Source: an uncultured bacterium
GTDB lineage: Bacteria; Verrucomicrobiota; Verrucomicrobiia; Limisphaerales; UBA8199
NCBI GenBank assembly: GCA_963749495.1
Contig: CAVVMW010000010.1
Coordinates: 448,001 to 512,000, forward strand
Direction of reading: 5' to 3'
DNA length: 64,000 bases
Positions 30,705-40,999 of the stretch are shown here, piece by piece (within the stretch, counting starts at the first letter, position 1; every line of letters begins with the position of its first letter). Position numbers and translations under genes: made by a program. The notes beneath the pieces were generated by a model that did not search any database, was not told the DNA's origin, and worked only from the letters and a program-made list of their open reading frames with translations.

Positions 30705-30804
30705 ACCTAAAAGGAGCCGTTCAGCCGCGAAAAGGCGCAAAAGACGCAAAACATCAAGGACCTACGATGATGTATCCTGGATGCGCGGCAGGGCCGCCGC
30801 CAGC

Positions 30805-30941
30805 GTAGCGCAGACCTCCGAGTCTGCTGTCTCGCAGGTTTCCAAACCTGCGGGCCGACCGAGGTGCGGACGCGCGTGCCTTCACGGACGCGCAGCCGAC
30901 TTGGAAGTCGGCGATACAGCAGACTCGGAGGTCTGCGCTAC
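30805..30941. repeat. GTAG-REP four-hairpin element (REPIN-like), copy 1
   Basis: GTAGCGCAGACCTCCGAGTCTGCTGT ... ACAGCAGACTCGGAGGTCTGCGCTAC; inner hairpins GCAGGTTTCCAAACCTGC and GCCGACTTGGAAGTCGGC. Confidence 0.9.
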
Positions 30942-30973
30942 GTCACCGTATTTGCGTCGGGTAGTACTAAGGG

Positions 30974-32110
30974 TCAAAGCGTGAAGGCTGGCAGCCTGAC
31001 GAGGGCGCCGCCCTTGAGCGCGGACTGGTGCGCGCAAAGGCCGACGCAGGTCCAGTTGGCGGATTGGACGGCGTTGGGGAAGGGATCGCGATCTTCCGCC
31101 AGGGCCATGGCAAACTCGTTTGCCAGGTGCGGATGGCTGCCGCCATGGCCACTGCCTTGAGTGAAGCTCAGATGCGTTTTCTTGCTGGCATCATAGACAC
31201 CCTGGGTAGTGTATTTCCGGATGCTCGTGGGCAGGCGCCTGGCGAAATCGGGGCACTTCACTGCCTTGGGAATCCTGGGCTCCGGCAGCTTGGCAGTGTG
31301 AATGATGAGCGGTTGGTGCTCGACCAGCGGCCACTCGACGGCTTTCTTCGTGCCATAGACATCAATGCTCTCGCGATACTGGCGCGCCGTGTCGAAGAGG
31401 CTGCGGATGATGCGGGCGCTCACATCGCTGCCCCGGAATTTGATGTGCGCGCTCTCGACCGCAAAGGGCGAGCCGTAGCACTTCACCAGTTCCTTGCGGA
31501 TGGTGCCGGAGCCGAAGCAACTCACGTACTCGGCCGATTGGCCGATGAGGCCGGCAACGGGGCCGACGCAGTGAGTGGCATACCACATCGGGGGCAGGCC
31601 GGGCCAATAGTCGGGCCAGCCGTCCATGTCCTGTTGATGGCTCGCTTGCACGAACTGGAGCTTGCCCAGTTCGCCTTTGTCGAGCAGTTCCTTCATGAAC
31701 AAATATTCCCGGGAATAGACCACCGTCTCCATCATCATGTATTTGAGGCCGGTCTGCTTGACGAGGTCCACGATCTTCTCGCAGTCGCCAATGTTGGTGG
31801 CCATCGGGACAGTGCAGGCCACATGCTTGCCGGCCTTGAGTGCGGCAATGGACATCCAGGCGTGGTCCGGGATGGGCGTGTTGATGTGGACGATCCGGAT
31901 CGCCGGATCCTCGAGCAGTTGCCTGAAATCGGTGCAGCGCTTGCCGACCCCAAAGTAGTCCCCCACGGCGTTGAGCTTTTCCGGGTTGCGTTGGCAGATG
32001 GCCTCGCAGCGGGTGTGCGGGTGCTTTTGCCAGAGCGGGATGAATTCAGCCCCGAAGCCGAGGCCAACGACGGCAACATTGAGTTTGCTGGTGGCTTTCA
32101 TGTCGAGCAT
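30974..32110 (-). CDS. Gfo/Idh/MocA family oxidoreductase
   Basis: VAVVGLGFG, HINTP..H, AGKHVACTVPMA. Confidence 0.9.
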   Translation of the reverse strand: MLDMKATSKLNVAVVGLGFGAEFIPLWQKHPHTRCEAICQRNPEKLNAVGDYFGVGKRCTDFRQLLEDPAIRIVHINTPIPDHAWMSIAALKAGKHVACTVPMATNIGDCEKIVDLVKQTGLKYMMMETVVYSREYLFMKELLDKGELGKLQFVQASHQQDMDGWPDYWPGLPPMWYATHCVGPVAGLIGQSAEYVSCFGSGTIRKELVKCYGSPFAVESAHIKFRGSDVSARIIRSLFDTARQYRESIDVYGTKKAVEWPLVEHQPLIIHTAKLPEPRIPKAVKCPDFARRLPTSIRKYTTQGVYDASKKTHLSFTQGSGHGGSHPHLANEFAMALAEDRDPFPNAVQSANWTCVGLCAHQSALKGGALVRLPAFTL

Positions 32111-32202
32111 TGTAGCCCTTCCAGAGGGTCAAGGCGATGAGAATTTGCGCAGCCGCTCAGTGTCGGGCGCATCGCGGCACCGCCCCCACCGACGGGGCCG
32201 GA

Positions 32203-32316
32203 CCGGAGTGCGCCCGTCCTCGGGCGCAGCGACGTCCGCAGCCAGGGCAGCGGTCAAACACTCCAGCGCGCCTGCCCGCTCCGTCGCTGCTGCGCCCGAG
32301 GACGGGCGCACTCCGG
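32203..32316. repeat. REP-like doublet, perfect 28-bp inverted repeat
   Basis: CCGGAGTGCGCCCGTCCTCGGGCGCAGC / GCTGCGCCCGAGGACGGGCGCACTCCGG. Confidence 0.9.
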
Positions 32317-32481
32317 GGGCAGTGTCAGGGAGGACCTTTTCGGAATTTCCGGAAGAGTTCTTGTGCGAGGGGAAAGCTCGCGCTCTGCGGCCGCTTGTCC
32401 AGCGGGTAAGGCAGGGCGAAGAAATAACTTGAGCAACCATGGAGCAGGAGTTTTCTTTTCATATTTGGAGAGCGGGAGCAT

Positions 32482-34227
32482 TCATCGGGCACGGCTGAGG
32501 GCGATCCAGTCCTGGCCGTGGCCACGGCTGGTGAACTCGCCGTCCTGGCACATTAACGGATCCGCATCCCGTTCTGCTTTCGAAATGATGACCGCCTCCC
32601 GCGAGGCCAGCCCGCGCGCCCGGTATCGCTCGAACAGCCGGTCCGGCATCACCTCAAAATAAGACACCAGTTTTCGGCCTTTCGGCGTGTTGATGCTCAC
32701 GGCGATGTCCGAACAGGTCTGGTTGCCACTGTGGAAACCCAGCGCCTGGCCGGCAGCCACTTTGTCGCCTTGCCGCAGTTCCTTATTCGGTTTCACGTGG
32801 AAGATGATGAACGTGAACGCAGCGCATTTGTCCGCCTGGATCTCAATCTTGGTTCCTGCCCATTCCTCCCGGGCCTTCAGAACCACGCCGGCCACCGGCG
32901 AGAAGATCTTCACGCTGGACCAATCAATGTCCTCGCCCGGCTTGAAGTAGTGCTTCATGCTGCGGCAGGATTCGAAGCTGTCGGAGTAATCATGGCCCGC
33001 CGCCGAGCGGAATCTTGAGATGCTGGCGATCTTGGGCGACTCAATGTAATCCGCCTCCACCAATTCCGGGAGGTCGTGCGCATTCGAATCGCTCACCGTC
33101 GCGCAGGCCCGGCGCAGGTACTCCTCGAATTGCCACTCGCCGCTGCTGCCGGTCTGGCGGACCACGACCAGGTCGAGGCTCGGCACGAAGGCGATGAGTT
33201 GGCCGCCGGAGCCGGGCTTGTCCCGGGCGTCAGCCGGGATGCCCTCGCTGCTGCGGCCGCCCTGGGTCCAGTGCCGCGCGGGCAATTCCCAGCCGTGGGA
33301 AAAGATCTGCGGGTTGAATTTCCAGCGTAACTCGGGGGTCTTGACCTCGTGGGTCGGCGCGGCGGTTTGATCCACAAACCATTGGGGGATGACCTGCTGG
33401 TCCCGCCAACGGCCGCCCCGGAGCATGCAGTAGGCAATCCGGGCAAGGTCCCGCGCGGGCATGCCCAGCCCGTGCGAAGGGTGGCGCCCGTAGTTCTCGC
33501 CGCCCTCGCAATACTGAAACCACCAATGCTCGATGCCGAGCGGCTTGAAGAGCGCTTGAATGGCGAACTGATCGTAGGGCTGGCCCGTAACGGTTTCACA
33601 GACCAGCGCGGCGTGATCCAGCGCGTGAGTCGAGTAGCCGCAGGCCGTTCCCGGATCGAAGGCGAGCGTGGCGGTCCGCGCATCGCCGCTATGGCCAAGC
33701 ACATATTCCCAGGTCCCGTCGTTAGGCGCGCCGGTGGCTTCCGGGCAGATGCCGGAGGTGTGATTGAGCAACTGCCTGACGGTGATCGAGGCCTTGCGCG
33801 GGTCGCTCAGCGGCTGCGCCCAGGGGATGTAGTCAAAGGCCGGATCATCGAACTTCATCTTCCTGGGCGTCAGCCCGTGCTGGCTTCGCTCAGAGGCAAT
33901 GGCCAGCACAGTCGCGCAGACGGCCTTGGACACCGAGGCGACGCGGCGCGAATCGGTCTTGGCGCTGTCGCGGCGCTCGACTTCCAACACGATGTAGCCG
34001 CGGCGAATGACGACCGCCGCGAAGTCCCTGTTGTCGCTCTGCAACAGCCACTCTCTGAGCGCATCGAGCCTGGACGGGTCTGCGCCGGCCAGGCGCCGGA
34101 TGTCGTCCGGGGCCTCGAGGATTCGCCAGCCGCCGGCCGATTCCGGCGGTGGGAAATAGAGTTCAGCGGCCTCGGCGGCTTTCGGCAGGACAGCCAAGGC
34201 GACCAGACCGGCTATGATGGCGTGCAT
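32482..34227 (-). CDS. Secreted serine hydrolase (beta-lactamase class C-like) fused to an M23-like C-terminal domain
   Basis: ASVSK (SxxK), ITVRQLLNHTSG, YS, ARDLAR; C-terminal IFSPVAGVV...FHV...GDKVAAGQALG. Confidence 0.8.
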   Translation of the reverse strand: MHAIIAGLVALAVLPKAAEAAELYFPPPESAGGWRILEAPDDIRRLAGADPSRLDALREWLLQSDNRDFAAVVIRRGYIVLEVERRDSAKTDSRRVASVSKAVCATVLAIASERSQHGLTPRKMKFDDPAFDYIPWAQPLSDPRKASITVRQLLNHTSGICPEATGAPNDGTWEYVLGHSGDARTATLAFDPGTACGYSTHALDHAALVCETVTGQPYDQFAIQALFKPLGIEHWWFQYCEGGENYGRHPSHGLGMPARDLARIAYCMLRGGRWRDQQVIPQWFVDQTAAPTHEVKTPELRWKFNPQIFSHGWELPARHWTQGGRSSEGIPADARDKPGSGGQLIAFVPSLDLVVVRQTGSSGEWQFEEYLRRACATVSDSNAHDLPELVEADYIESPKIASISRFRSAAGHDYSDSFESCRSMKHYFKPGEDIDWSSVKIFSPVAGVVLKAREEWAGTKIEIQADKCAAFTFIIFHVKPNKELRQGDKVAAGQALGFHSGNQTCSDIAVSINTPKGRKLVSYFEVMPDRLFERYRARGLASREAVIISKAERDADPLMCQDGEFTSRGHGQDWIALSRAR

Positions 34228-34508
34228 TCTTGGGCAAGCATTGCGCATGGCGTCCTGTTTGGCAACGCTCGATCGGGGCGTCCTCAACAAAGGTGATAGC
34301 GACCCGGCGGATCGCCGCTGGTTCGGTCAGGTCCACTGGAAACTGGTTGCGACCGTCAACCAGGCCCTGCCCGCTGGCACGCACGACACGGCGATGTTGC
34401 CCGGATTCTTTGTCATGGTGGACATCAAGGCTTTGTTTTCGGGAAATGCCTCCGGCCGCGCGACAGATTTCCCCGGGTTTTTGATTGCGACCGTGCCGCG
34501 CTCTGCCT

Positions 34509-35619
34509 ATGGTAGCGGGCGTCGCGGCAGTGAGAATCTGGCTTTGGCTTTCAGCGCTCGCCAGCGTGGCGGGGTGGGGTCTGTCCGCTGTGGGGGAGTT
34601 GAATCGCATTGGATACTCGGTTTTCTTCGGGGTTGCCGCGGCGGCGTTGTGGTTTGGACACAAGCGACTCGGGTGGGAACTGCCGAGGTGGCCACGCCGG
34701 TGGGGACGGTGGAGCCGGCGGTTGCGCCGGCCCTGGCCCATGGGCTTCGCGGCGCTGGCCTTGCTGGTTTTCCTGGGCGGGTTTGGGCTTTGGCCTGAGC
34801 CTGCTGGTCGTGATGTCTGTGCTCGCCGCAATCCGCCGGGGTAGGGCAGGGGAGCCCATGCCGTTGCGCTCCCCTCATCCATCATCCCTCATCCCTCATC
34901 CGTCAAACCAGGGCGGGGCAGGGGAGCCCATGCCCCCGCTTGCCATCCCGGCCCGGATTCGCCGCTGGGTGTTGGTGGGCGCGTGGGTGGCCTTGCTGGC
35001 CTACTGCGTCAAATCAGGGATGGTGACAGGGGCGCGCCTGATCTCGCCCTACTACCCGCTGCTGCTGGCGTCGTTGCTGGCCGGAGCGCGGCAGTCCGAC
35101 ATCGTCCGCCGCCGGCGGTGGCAGGTGTCCGCCTGGGCTGCGTTCGGCCTGGCACTGCTGGTCCTGGTCCTGACGCCCGAACGCCCTTTGTGGCCGGCCC
35201 AGACCGTGCTGTCCAAAGGGTTGGCATTGCGGCCCGGACAGCCTCTGCTGGCGCGCGCCCTCGTTGTCTATGCCATTTATGCCGCCCGCTCGGACCCGCT
35301 GGCCCACCTCCGCGCCCTCCTGCCGCCAGGCCCGGCGGTAACGGGGTTCCTGGCAGACGGTGACGACATGGACATTTCCTTGCGGCGGCCCTTCTTCGAG
35401 CGGCGGGTGGAACATATCCTGTTGGAAGATTCACCGGCCGATATCCGCCGGCGGCATATCCAATATGTGGTGGTCGGGGGGGCCTTCCTGGCCTCCCGGC
35501 ACACTACCCTGGCCGCCTGGCAGGCGCGCACCGGGGCGGAATTGATCCGCACGACCACCGCCACCTTGAAGCTCGCCGAAGGACGCCAAAGCTGGCACAT
35601 TCTCCGCTTGCCCAACTGA
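34509..35619 (+). pseudogene. Internally deleted polytopic membrane protein (N-terminal ~90 aa joined out of frame to the C-terminal ~275 aa)
   Basis: MVAGVAAVRIWLWLSALASVAGWGLSAVGELNRIGY...FLGG then frame change at ~34780 to GLGFGLSLL...ARLISPYYPLL...WHILRL. Confidence 0.6.
34844..34934 (+). repeat. 19-bp direct repeat, 72 bp apart, enclosing CCTCATC heptamer repeats
   Basis: GGGCAGGGGAGCCCATGCC at 34844 and 34916; CCCTCATCCATCATCCCTCATCCCTCATCC between. Confidence 0.85.
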
Positions 35620-35655
35620 GCGGGCGTTTTTGATTGGGCAGGACCTGCCGCTCTG

Positions 35656-35949
35656 TTACCTAAAGGACTCGAACATTGGCGCCCAGATCCGGATCAGGTC
35701 GCCAATCTGGCCGGACCCGTCGTAGTCCTGGCAGTTGCAGGAAACGGTCAGGTCGCAGTGGATGGCCAGATTGTATTCCGATTCGCCGCCCAAAGCGCGG
35801 CAATAGAACCGCTGCCCCCTGAGCGGGGCAGACCACTCCATCCGGTACTTGAGCAGCTTCCGAAGAATGTCACTGACGACCCAATTCCATCGCCTGCGCC
35901 TGGGTTTGGGGGCGGGTTTCGGCTGGTCTGCGTGCTGCGCCGCGAACAT
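35656..35949 (-). pseudogene. Truncated 5' part of a probable SPASM/radical-SAM protein
   Basis: FYC...IHCDLTVSCNCQDYDGSGQIGDL resembles a SPASM-type I..DG.V..CC.D....IG.L pattern; ends at a fold-back palindrome. Confidence 0.5.
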
Positions 35950-35993
35950 CAGCCACTAGGCTCACATCTTGTCCGGCAAAGGTCAAGCCCCAG

Positions 35994-37358
35994 TCATTCT
36001 ATTCGGAGTTTTTTGCGTTTCCGGTAGAGCGTGGCCTGATCGATGCGCAGGACCTGAGCCGCTTCGGCCAGATTGGAGGTTCGTTCCAGAACTTTGCGGA
36101 GGTGCGCTTCCTCCAAGTCCTCCATGGAAACCAAGGAACCAACCTGTGGCGAGGCATCGCTGCCATTGGCTCCGGCGACTGTCTGGCCGCGCAATTCCGC
36201 GGGGAGGTCTTCCAGGTTAATCTTGTTCCCTTTGACCATGATGACAGCGCGTTCGATGGCGTTGCGCAGCTCACGGAGGTTGCCCGGCCAGGAGTAGGCG
36301 CGGATAGCAGCCGAGGCCTCTTCGGAAAACCCGTCGAGGCGGCGCCCACAGAGAGCGGCAAAGTGCTTGAAGTAATGCTCGGCAAAGCGAATGAGGTCCC
36401 CTGGGCGCTGCCGCAGCGGAGGCATTTCCGCCGTGATCACGTTGAGCCGAAAATACAGGTCTTCGCGAAAGGCGCCCGCGGCGACGCGCTTTTTCAGATC
36501 GCGGCTGGTGGCGGCGATAATGCGCACCTCGGCCTGGCGCGTGACATTCTCGCCCACCCGCTCGTATTCACGTTCTTGAAGAAGTCGCAGCAACTTGGGC
36601 TGGATTTCCATCGGCAGGTCGCCGATCTCGTCGAGGAAGAGAGTGCCGCCCTCTGCGGCCTTGACTTTGCCCCAATGATCGCGCAGGGCGCCGGTGAATG
36701 CGCCTTTGACGTGGCCGAAGAGTTCGCTTTCCAGCAGTTCCTTGGACAGACTCGGACAGCTCACGGTGATGAACGGTCGATCCGCCAGATGGCTCTGCTG
36801 GTGAACGGCGCGGGCCACCACGCTCTTGCCGGTGCCGCTCTCCCCCAGGATCAGTATCGAGGCCGGTGTCTTGGCCGCCCGCAGCAGGGTGTCCATCATC
36901 TCTTTGACGAGCGGGGTGTTCGATTCCAGGAGAATCTCGGGACTCTGAGCGTTGCTGTCCTTAACTTCCCGTTCCAGGCGCTCGATGTTCTGGCTGAGTT
37001 GGTGGAATCGCTGAACGCGCGCGAGCACCAGGTGAAACTGTTCGCGGGTGAACGGCTTTTCCAGAAAATCCACCGCTCCGCGCCGCATGGCCTCCACCGC
37101 GTTTTTCACGCTGCCTTGCGCCGTAAAGATGATCACCGGCAGGTTGGGCTGCCGTTTGAGAATCTGCTCAAGGATATCGAGGCCGTTTTCCCGTCCCAGA
37201 TTGAGATCCAGAAGAACCGAATCGAATCTCCCTTCCTTTAACTCCGTGAGGCCCAACTCTCCCGAGCACGCCGCTTCCGCGTAATGGCCTTCGCCGTCGA
37301 TGAGCAAGCAGGTTGCGTCCCGGAAAGTCTTGTCGTCGTCGATGACCAGGAAGTCCAT
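35994..37358 (-). CDS. Sigma-54-dependent response regulator (REC-AAA+-HTH; NtrC/AlgB-like)
   Basis: LVIDDD, LLDL, KPF; GESGTGKS, ESELFGHVKGAFTGA, LFLDEIG, WPGNLRELRN, ATLYRK. Confidence 0.95.
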   Translation of the reverse strand: MDFLVIDDDKTFRDATCLLIDGEGHYAEAACSGELGLTELKEGRFDSVLLDLNLGRENGLDILEQILKRQPNLPVIIFTAQGSVKNAVEAMRRGAVDFLEKPFTREQFHLVLARVQRFHQLSQNIERLEREVKDSNAQSPEILLESNTPLVKEMMDTLLRAAKTPASILILGESGTGKSVVARAVHQQSHLADRPFITVSCPSLSKELLESELFGHVKGAFTGALRDHWGKVKAAEGGTLFLDEIGDLPMEIQPKLLRLLQEREYERVGENVTRQAEVRIIAATSRDLKKRVAAGAFREDLYFRLNVITAEMPPLRQRPGDLIRFAEHYFKHFAALCGRRLDGFSEEASAAIRAYSWPGNLRELRNAIERAVIMVKGNKINLEDLPAELRGQTVAGANGSDASPQVGSLVSMEDLEEAHLRKVLERTSNLAEAAQVLRIDQATLYRKRKKLRIE

Positions 37359-37369
37359 AGATGGAAACC

Positions 37370-38488
37370 TCAATGAGAGCCCATGGCTCGAGGCAAGCGG
37401 AAGGCAAAGGTGGCGCCGTTGCCCGGCGTGCTTTCGCAAGCCAGTTCACCATGCATCGCCAGGACGAGCTTCTTGACGATGCTCAGTCCCAGGCCGGTGG
37501 AAGGCTCGCCTCCGGTGGGTCGCGCCGAAAGGCGGCCATAGCGGCGGAACATCCGGGTCTTATCGTTTTCGCTGAACCCGGGTCCTTCATCCTGGACCTG
37601 GCATTCCACGTACCTGGCGCCCGGCGGGCAGACGGTGAGGCGAATCTGCTTGCCGGGCGGAGAGAACTTGATGGCGTTGGACAGGAGATTATCGAGCACC
37701 TGGTTGAGGGCGGCGCCATCGGCCTGCACGAGCGTGCCGTTGGGCGGGAGAACGACCTTAAGAACGAGCTGCTTGCGCTTGGCTGGCTCCTGGTGTTGTT
37801 GGACCGCGCGAGTGGCCGCAGCCGGCAGGTTGACCGGCTCGGTCCGGAGGTTCAGGCCATGGTCCGCCGAAGCGTTTGCCAAAAACTCCTTTACGAAGGC
37901 GAGCATCTGACCGCTCGAATGCGAGATGTTCTCGGCCATCAGCCGCAGCTTCGGGTCCGCCATCGCTTCGGTGCGGTCACGGAGCAGTTGGGCGCTCATG
38001 TCCATGCCGCCCAGATGGTTCTTGAGGTCGTGGGTGAGGATGCCGAGCAATTCATCCCGGTCTTCGGCGAGTTGCTTCAACTCGTCGCGGGCCCTTTTGA
38101 GCGCCAGGTGGGTGCGGACGCGCGTCACCAATTCGGCGTGGTTGAAGGGCTTGGTGATGTAGTCCACCCCGCCGCTTTCCAGCGCGCGAACGATCAAGCC
38201 CTTGTCGTCCGCCGAGGATAGGAAAATGACGGGAATCTCCGCCCAATCCGGGTGCTCGCGAATCCGGCGGCAAACCTCGAATCCGTCCATCTCCGGCATG
38301 AGCAGGTCGAGCAGGATAAGGTCGGGGCGGCGAGCCGCCAGCCGCTGGAAGGCCTCGAGCCCGCCGGTCGCCGGCAGAATCTCGAAGCCGAGCTGGCCCA
38401 GGGCGGCGCCCACGACCTGGATGTTGGATTCCTGGTCGTCGACGACGAGCAGGCAGCCAGCGTTCGTTTCTGGGATGGGGGCATTCAT
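37370..38488 (-). CDS. Hybrid response regulator / histidine kinase (REC-HisKA-HATPase)
   Basis: LVVDD, ILLDLLMP, DYITKPF; THDLKN, NLLSNAIKFS, DEGPG, GLGL. Confidence 0.93.
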   Translation of the reverse strand: MNAPIPETNAGCLLVVDDQESNIQVVGAALGQLGFEILPATGGLEAFQRLAARRPDLILLDLLMPEMDGFEVCRRIREHPDWAEIPVIFLSSADDKGLIVRALESGGVDYITKPFNHAELVTRVRTHLALKRARDELKQLAEDRDELLGILTHDLKNHLGGMDMSAQLLRDRTEAMADPKLRLMAENISHSSGQMLAFVKEFLANASADHGLNLRTEPVNLPAAATRAVQQHQEPAKRKQLVLKVVLPPNGTLVQADGAALNQVLDNLLSNAIKFSPPGKQIRLTVCPPGARYVECQVQDEGPGFSENDKTRMFRRYGRLSARPTGGEPSTGLGLSIVKKLVLAMHGELACESTPGNGATFAFRLPRAMGSH

Positions 38489-38498
38489 GTGGTTTTCA

Positions 38499-38654
38499 CG
38501 TGGCGCAGGTTTTTCCCCGTGGCGCAGGTTTTTCCCCGTGGCGCAGGTTTCCAACCTGCCGTACCGCAGGTTTCCAACCTGCGGGTGCGCCCGGACCGCT
38601 CGACGCCCCGCCGATTGGAAATCGGCGATACGGCAGGTTGGAAACCTGCGCTAC
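38499..38654. repeat. GTAG-REP four-hairpin element, copy 2, with its left 19 bp triplicated
   Basis: CGTGGCGCAGGTTTTTCCC x2 then CGTGGCGCAGGTTTCCAACCTGC ... GCAGGTTGGAAACCTGCGCTAC. Confidence 0.88.
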
Positions 38655-38686
38655 GAAAAAATGTGCTACGAGCATGGGGCACCCGT

Positions 38687-40861
38687 TCATACCGGTTGCG
38701 GTTGGGCCAGGGCCAAAGAGGTTTCGATGGATTCAACGAGTTCGGGGAACGCGGCGAGATGACGTCCCATTTGGCTGACGGCGTAGGTGTCGGCGAAGGT
38801 GGTGAGGGTGGCGGCGTAAGTGGCCACCGGGCCACATTGGGCCGCTTGGCCGAGGAGGAAGAGCTCGTGAGCAAAGGCGCGGGTCGCATTGACCGCCAGG
38901 CTGTCCCGGAGCGCGGGCCATTCGGTCGCTTCCTGGCGGCGCAGTTCGAGGGCGAGTTCCTGCCACCGGGCTGCCTGGTCGGAGGAGGGGATGGGAACAC
39001 TCTTGAGGGGCTGCCCGAGAGCCTCACATCCCGGTCCATTCGCGGGCGGCCCCTTTTGGAGAAACTGAGCCAGGGCCAGAAAGAGCGTTTGCCGCGAGAA
39101 GGGTTTGCGGATGTAGCCGCTGAACTGGCTTTGCAGTTCCTGCTCTTCGCCGGCCCTGCTTGAAGCCGTCACCGCGATGACCGGCAGCGACACCAGACTC
39201 GCCTGCTTGCGGATCTCCGCGAGCGCCGTCCGTCCGTCCATCACCGGCATGCGGATGTCGAGCAAGACCACATCGGGCTTGGCCTGGCTCAGACACTCCA
39301 GAGCTTCCCGACCGTTGTTGGCAAAATGGACGCGGTGGTGGGTTTTCTCGAATATGCCGGCCAGCAAGGCCCGATTGGTCGGGTTGTCATCCACCACCAG
39401 CAGGGTGGCCGGCGCGAAGTCGTTGAAGTCCACCGCTCCGCCCGGTTCGGCGTGATCGCCCACCGGCAACCGCCCCGAGACGGGAACATTGGGGAAACGC
39501 AAATGGAAGACCGTGCCCTGGCCGATCTTACTTTCGACGGCCAGGCTGCCGCCCATCAACTCGGTGAGGCGCTTGACGATAGTGAGCCCGATGCCGGTTC
39601 CTTCCTTTTCCGCCGTTCGCGCGGATTCCGCCTGGACGAACGGTTTGAAAACTTCGTCCAGTTCCCCAGCCGGGATTCCCATGCCGGTGTCCTCGACACC
39701 GATCAGCAGCGTGCCGCTGCGACCGTCTGCCTGGCTTTGCCAGGAGACTCGCGTCTTGACGCAACCGTGCTCGGTGAACTTGATGGCGTTGCTGAGCAAG
39801 TTCACCAGCACCTGGCGCAACCGCAGGCGATCCAGCAACAACGCCCGGGGCAGGTTGGGTGAGAGCTCGAACTGAAGTTGGAGGGATTTCATCACGGCCT
39901 GCTGCCCGAAAACGGTGCGGAGAAACTCACACGAATCGCGCATATCCGTCGGGTCAGGGTGCAGTTCCAACTTGCCCGCTTCGAGCTTGGACAGGTCGAG
40001 AATGTCGTTGATCAGGTGCAGCAATGCCGCGCCGCTGTCGCGAATGGCCCGCACATATTGCGATTGCTTGGGCGTCAACCCCTCCGGCTCCAGCAGTTCG
40101 CTGAACCCGAGAATCGCGTTCATGGGGCTGCGAATCTCATGGCTCATGTTGGCGAGGAAGGCGCTTTTCTCCCGGACTGCTTGTTCGGCGTGCAGCTTCT
40201 CTTCCAGCAATTCCCGCCGCGCTCGTTCCTGGAAGTAATCGACCCGGTAGAAATAGAGCGCGAACAACCCCGCCCCGACTCCGAGCAACCCGGCCATCCA
40301 GGTCATTTGGTGGACCAATTTCATTTCACGGCGGGTCGCCTCTCCTTTGGCCGACAGAAGGTCAAGCCGGTTATCGCGCCGCCGTTTGACGATCTCACGG
40401 ATGCGGTCCATCGTCGTCCTGGTTTGCTCGGGACTGGGGGCCACCTCTGACGTTGCGGGACCTTTCTCGGCGCGCAACGCCATGGCCTGGCGCAGTTCCG
40501 CTAGCTCGAGCTCAACCAGGCGACGCAACTCGGTTAAATCCGTTTGCCCCGCCGGGTCGTGCCTCGCGGACGCAACGAGCCGCTCGAATGCCTCCGGAAA
40601 CGTGCGATCCGCGCTCCTGAAGGCTTCACGGTAAGCCGCGTTCCCCGTCAGCAGGTAACCCCGCTGGCTGGCCTCGGCGTCCTGCAAAACCGAGACGAGT
40701 TGATTCATCGACTCGCGAAACTGCTCGGCCTCGGCCGACGCGTCGATGCTGCGGGAAAAGCGGTTCCAGACCACCGCCCCCATCACCACGCTGGCTACCG
40801 TAACGGTCAGCCAAAAAATGGCTAACGGCCCGATAATCCCGTGTCGAAATCGGTAGATCAT
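38687..40861 (-). CDS. CHASE3 membrane hybrid sensor histidine kinase
   Basis: TM, LQDAEASQRGYLLTG, TM; FLANMSHEIRSP, NLLSNAIKFT, DTGMGI, GTGIGL; REC LVVDD/LLDIRMP/KPF. Confidence 0.93.
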   Translation of the reverse strand: MIYRFRHGIIGPLAIFWLTVTVASVVMGAVVWNRFSRSIDASAEAEQFRESMNQLVSVLQDAEASQRGYLLTGNAAYREAFRSADRTFPEAFERLVASARHDPAGQTDLTELRRLVELELAELRQAMALRAEKGPATSEVAPSPEQTRTTMDRIREIVKRRRDNRLDLLSAKGEATRREMKLVHQMTWMAGLLGVGAGLFALYFYRVDYFQERARRELLEEKLHAEQAVREKSAFLANMSHEIRSPMNAILGFSELLEPEGLTPKQSQYVRAIRDSGAALLHLINDILDLSKLEAGKLELHPDPTDMRDSCEFLRTVFGQQAVMKSLQLQFELSPNLPRALLLDRLRLRQVLVNLLSNAIKFTEHGCVKTRVSWQSQADGRSGTLLIGVEDTGMGIPAGELDEVFKPFVQAESARTAEKEGTGIGLTIVKRLTELMGGSLAVESKIGQGTVFHLRFPNVPVSGRLPVGDHAEPGGAVDFNDFAPATLLVVDDNPTNRALLAGIFEKTHHRVHFANNGREALECLSQAKPDVVLLDIRMPVMDGRTALAEIRKQASLVSLPVIAVTASSRAGEEQELQSQFSGYIRKPFSRQTLFLALAQFLQKGPPANGPGCEALGQPLKSVPIPSSDQAARWQELALELRRQEATEWPALRDSLAVNATRAFAHELFLLGQAAQCGPVATYAATLTTFADTYAVSQMGRHLAAFPELVESIETSLALAQPQPV

Positions 40862-40999
40862 GCGCCTTCCTGCGTCGAGTCGAGCGCATACGCGTCCGGC
40901 CAATGAAGGACGCATTAACATATCATGCAAAATGCAAGGTGCATAGCTAATTCGACAAACCGCGTTCCGGCCGGCCGGGTGCATCCCGACACTGGCCCC

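Noticed and set aside
38499..38560. 19-bp unit repeated three times as a possible CRISPR array
   Set aside because: No spacers, unit too short, no cas genes; it is the duplicated left end of a REP element.
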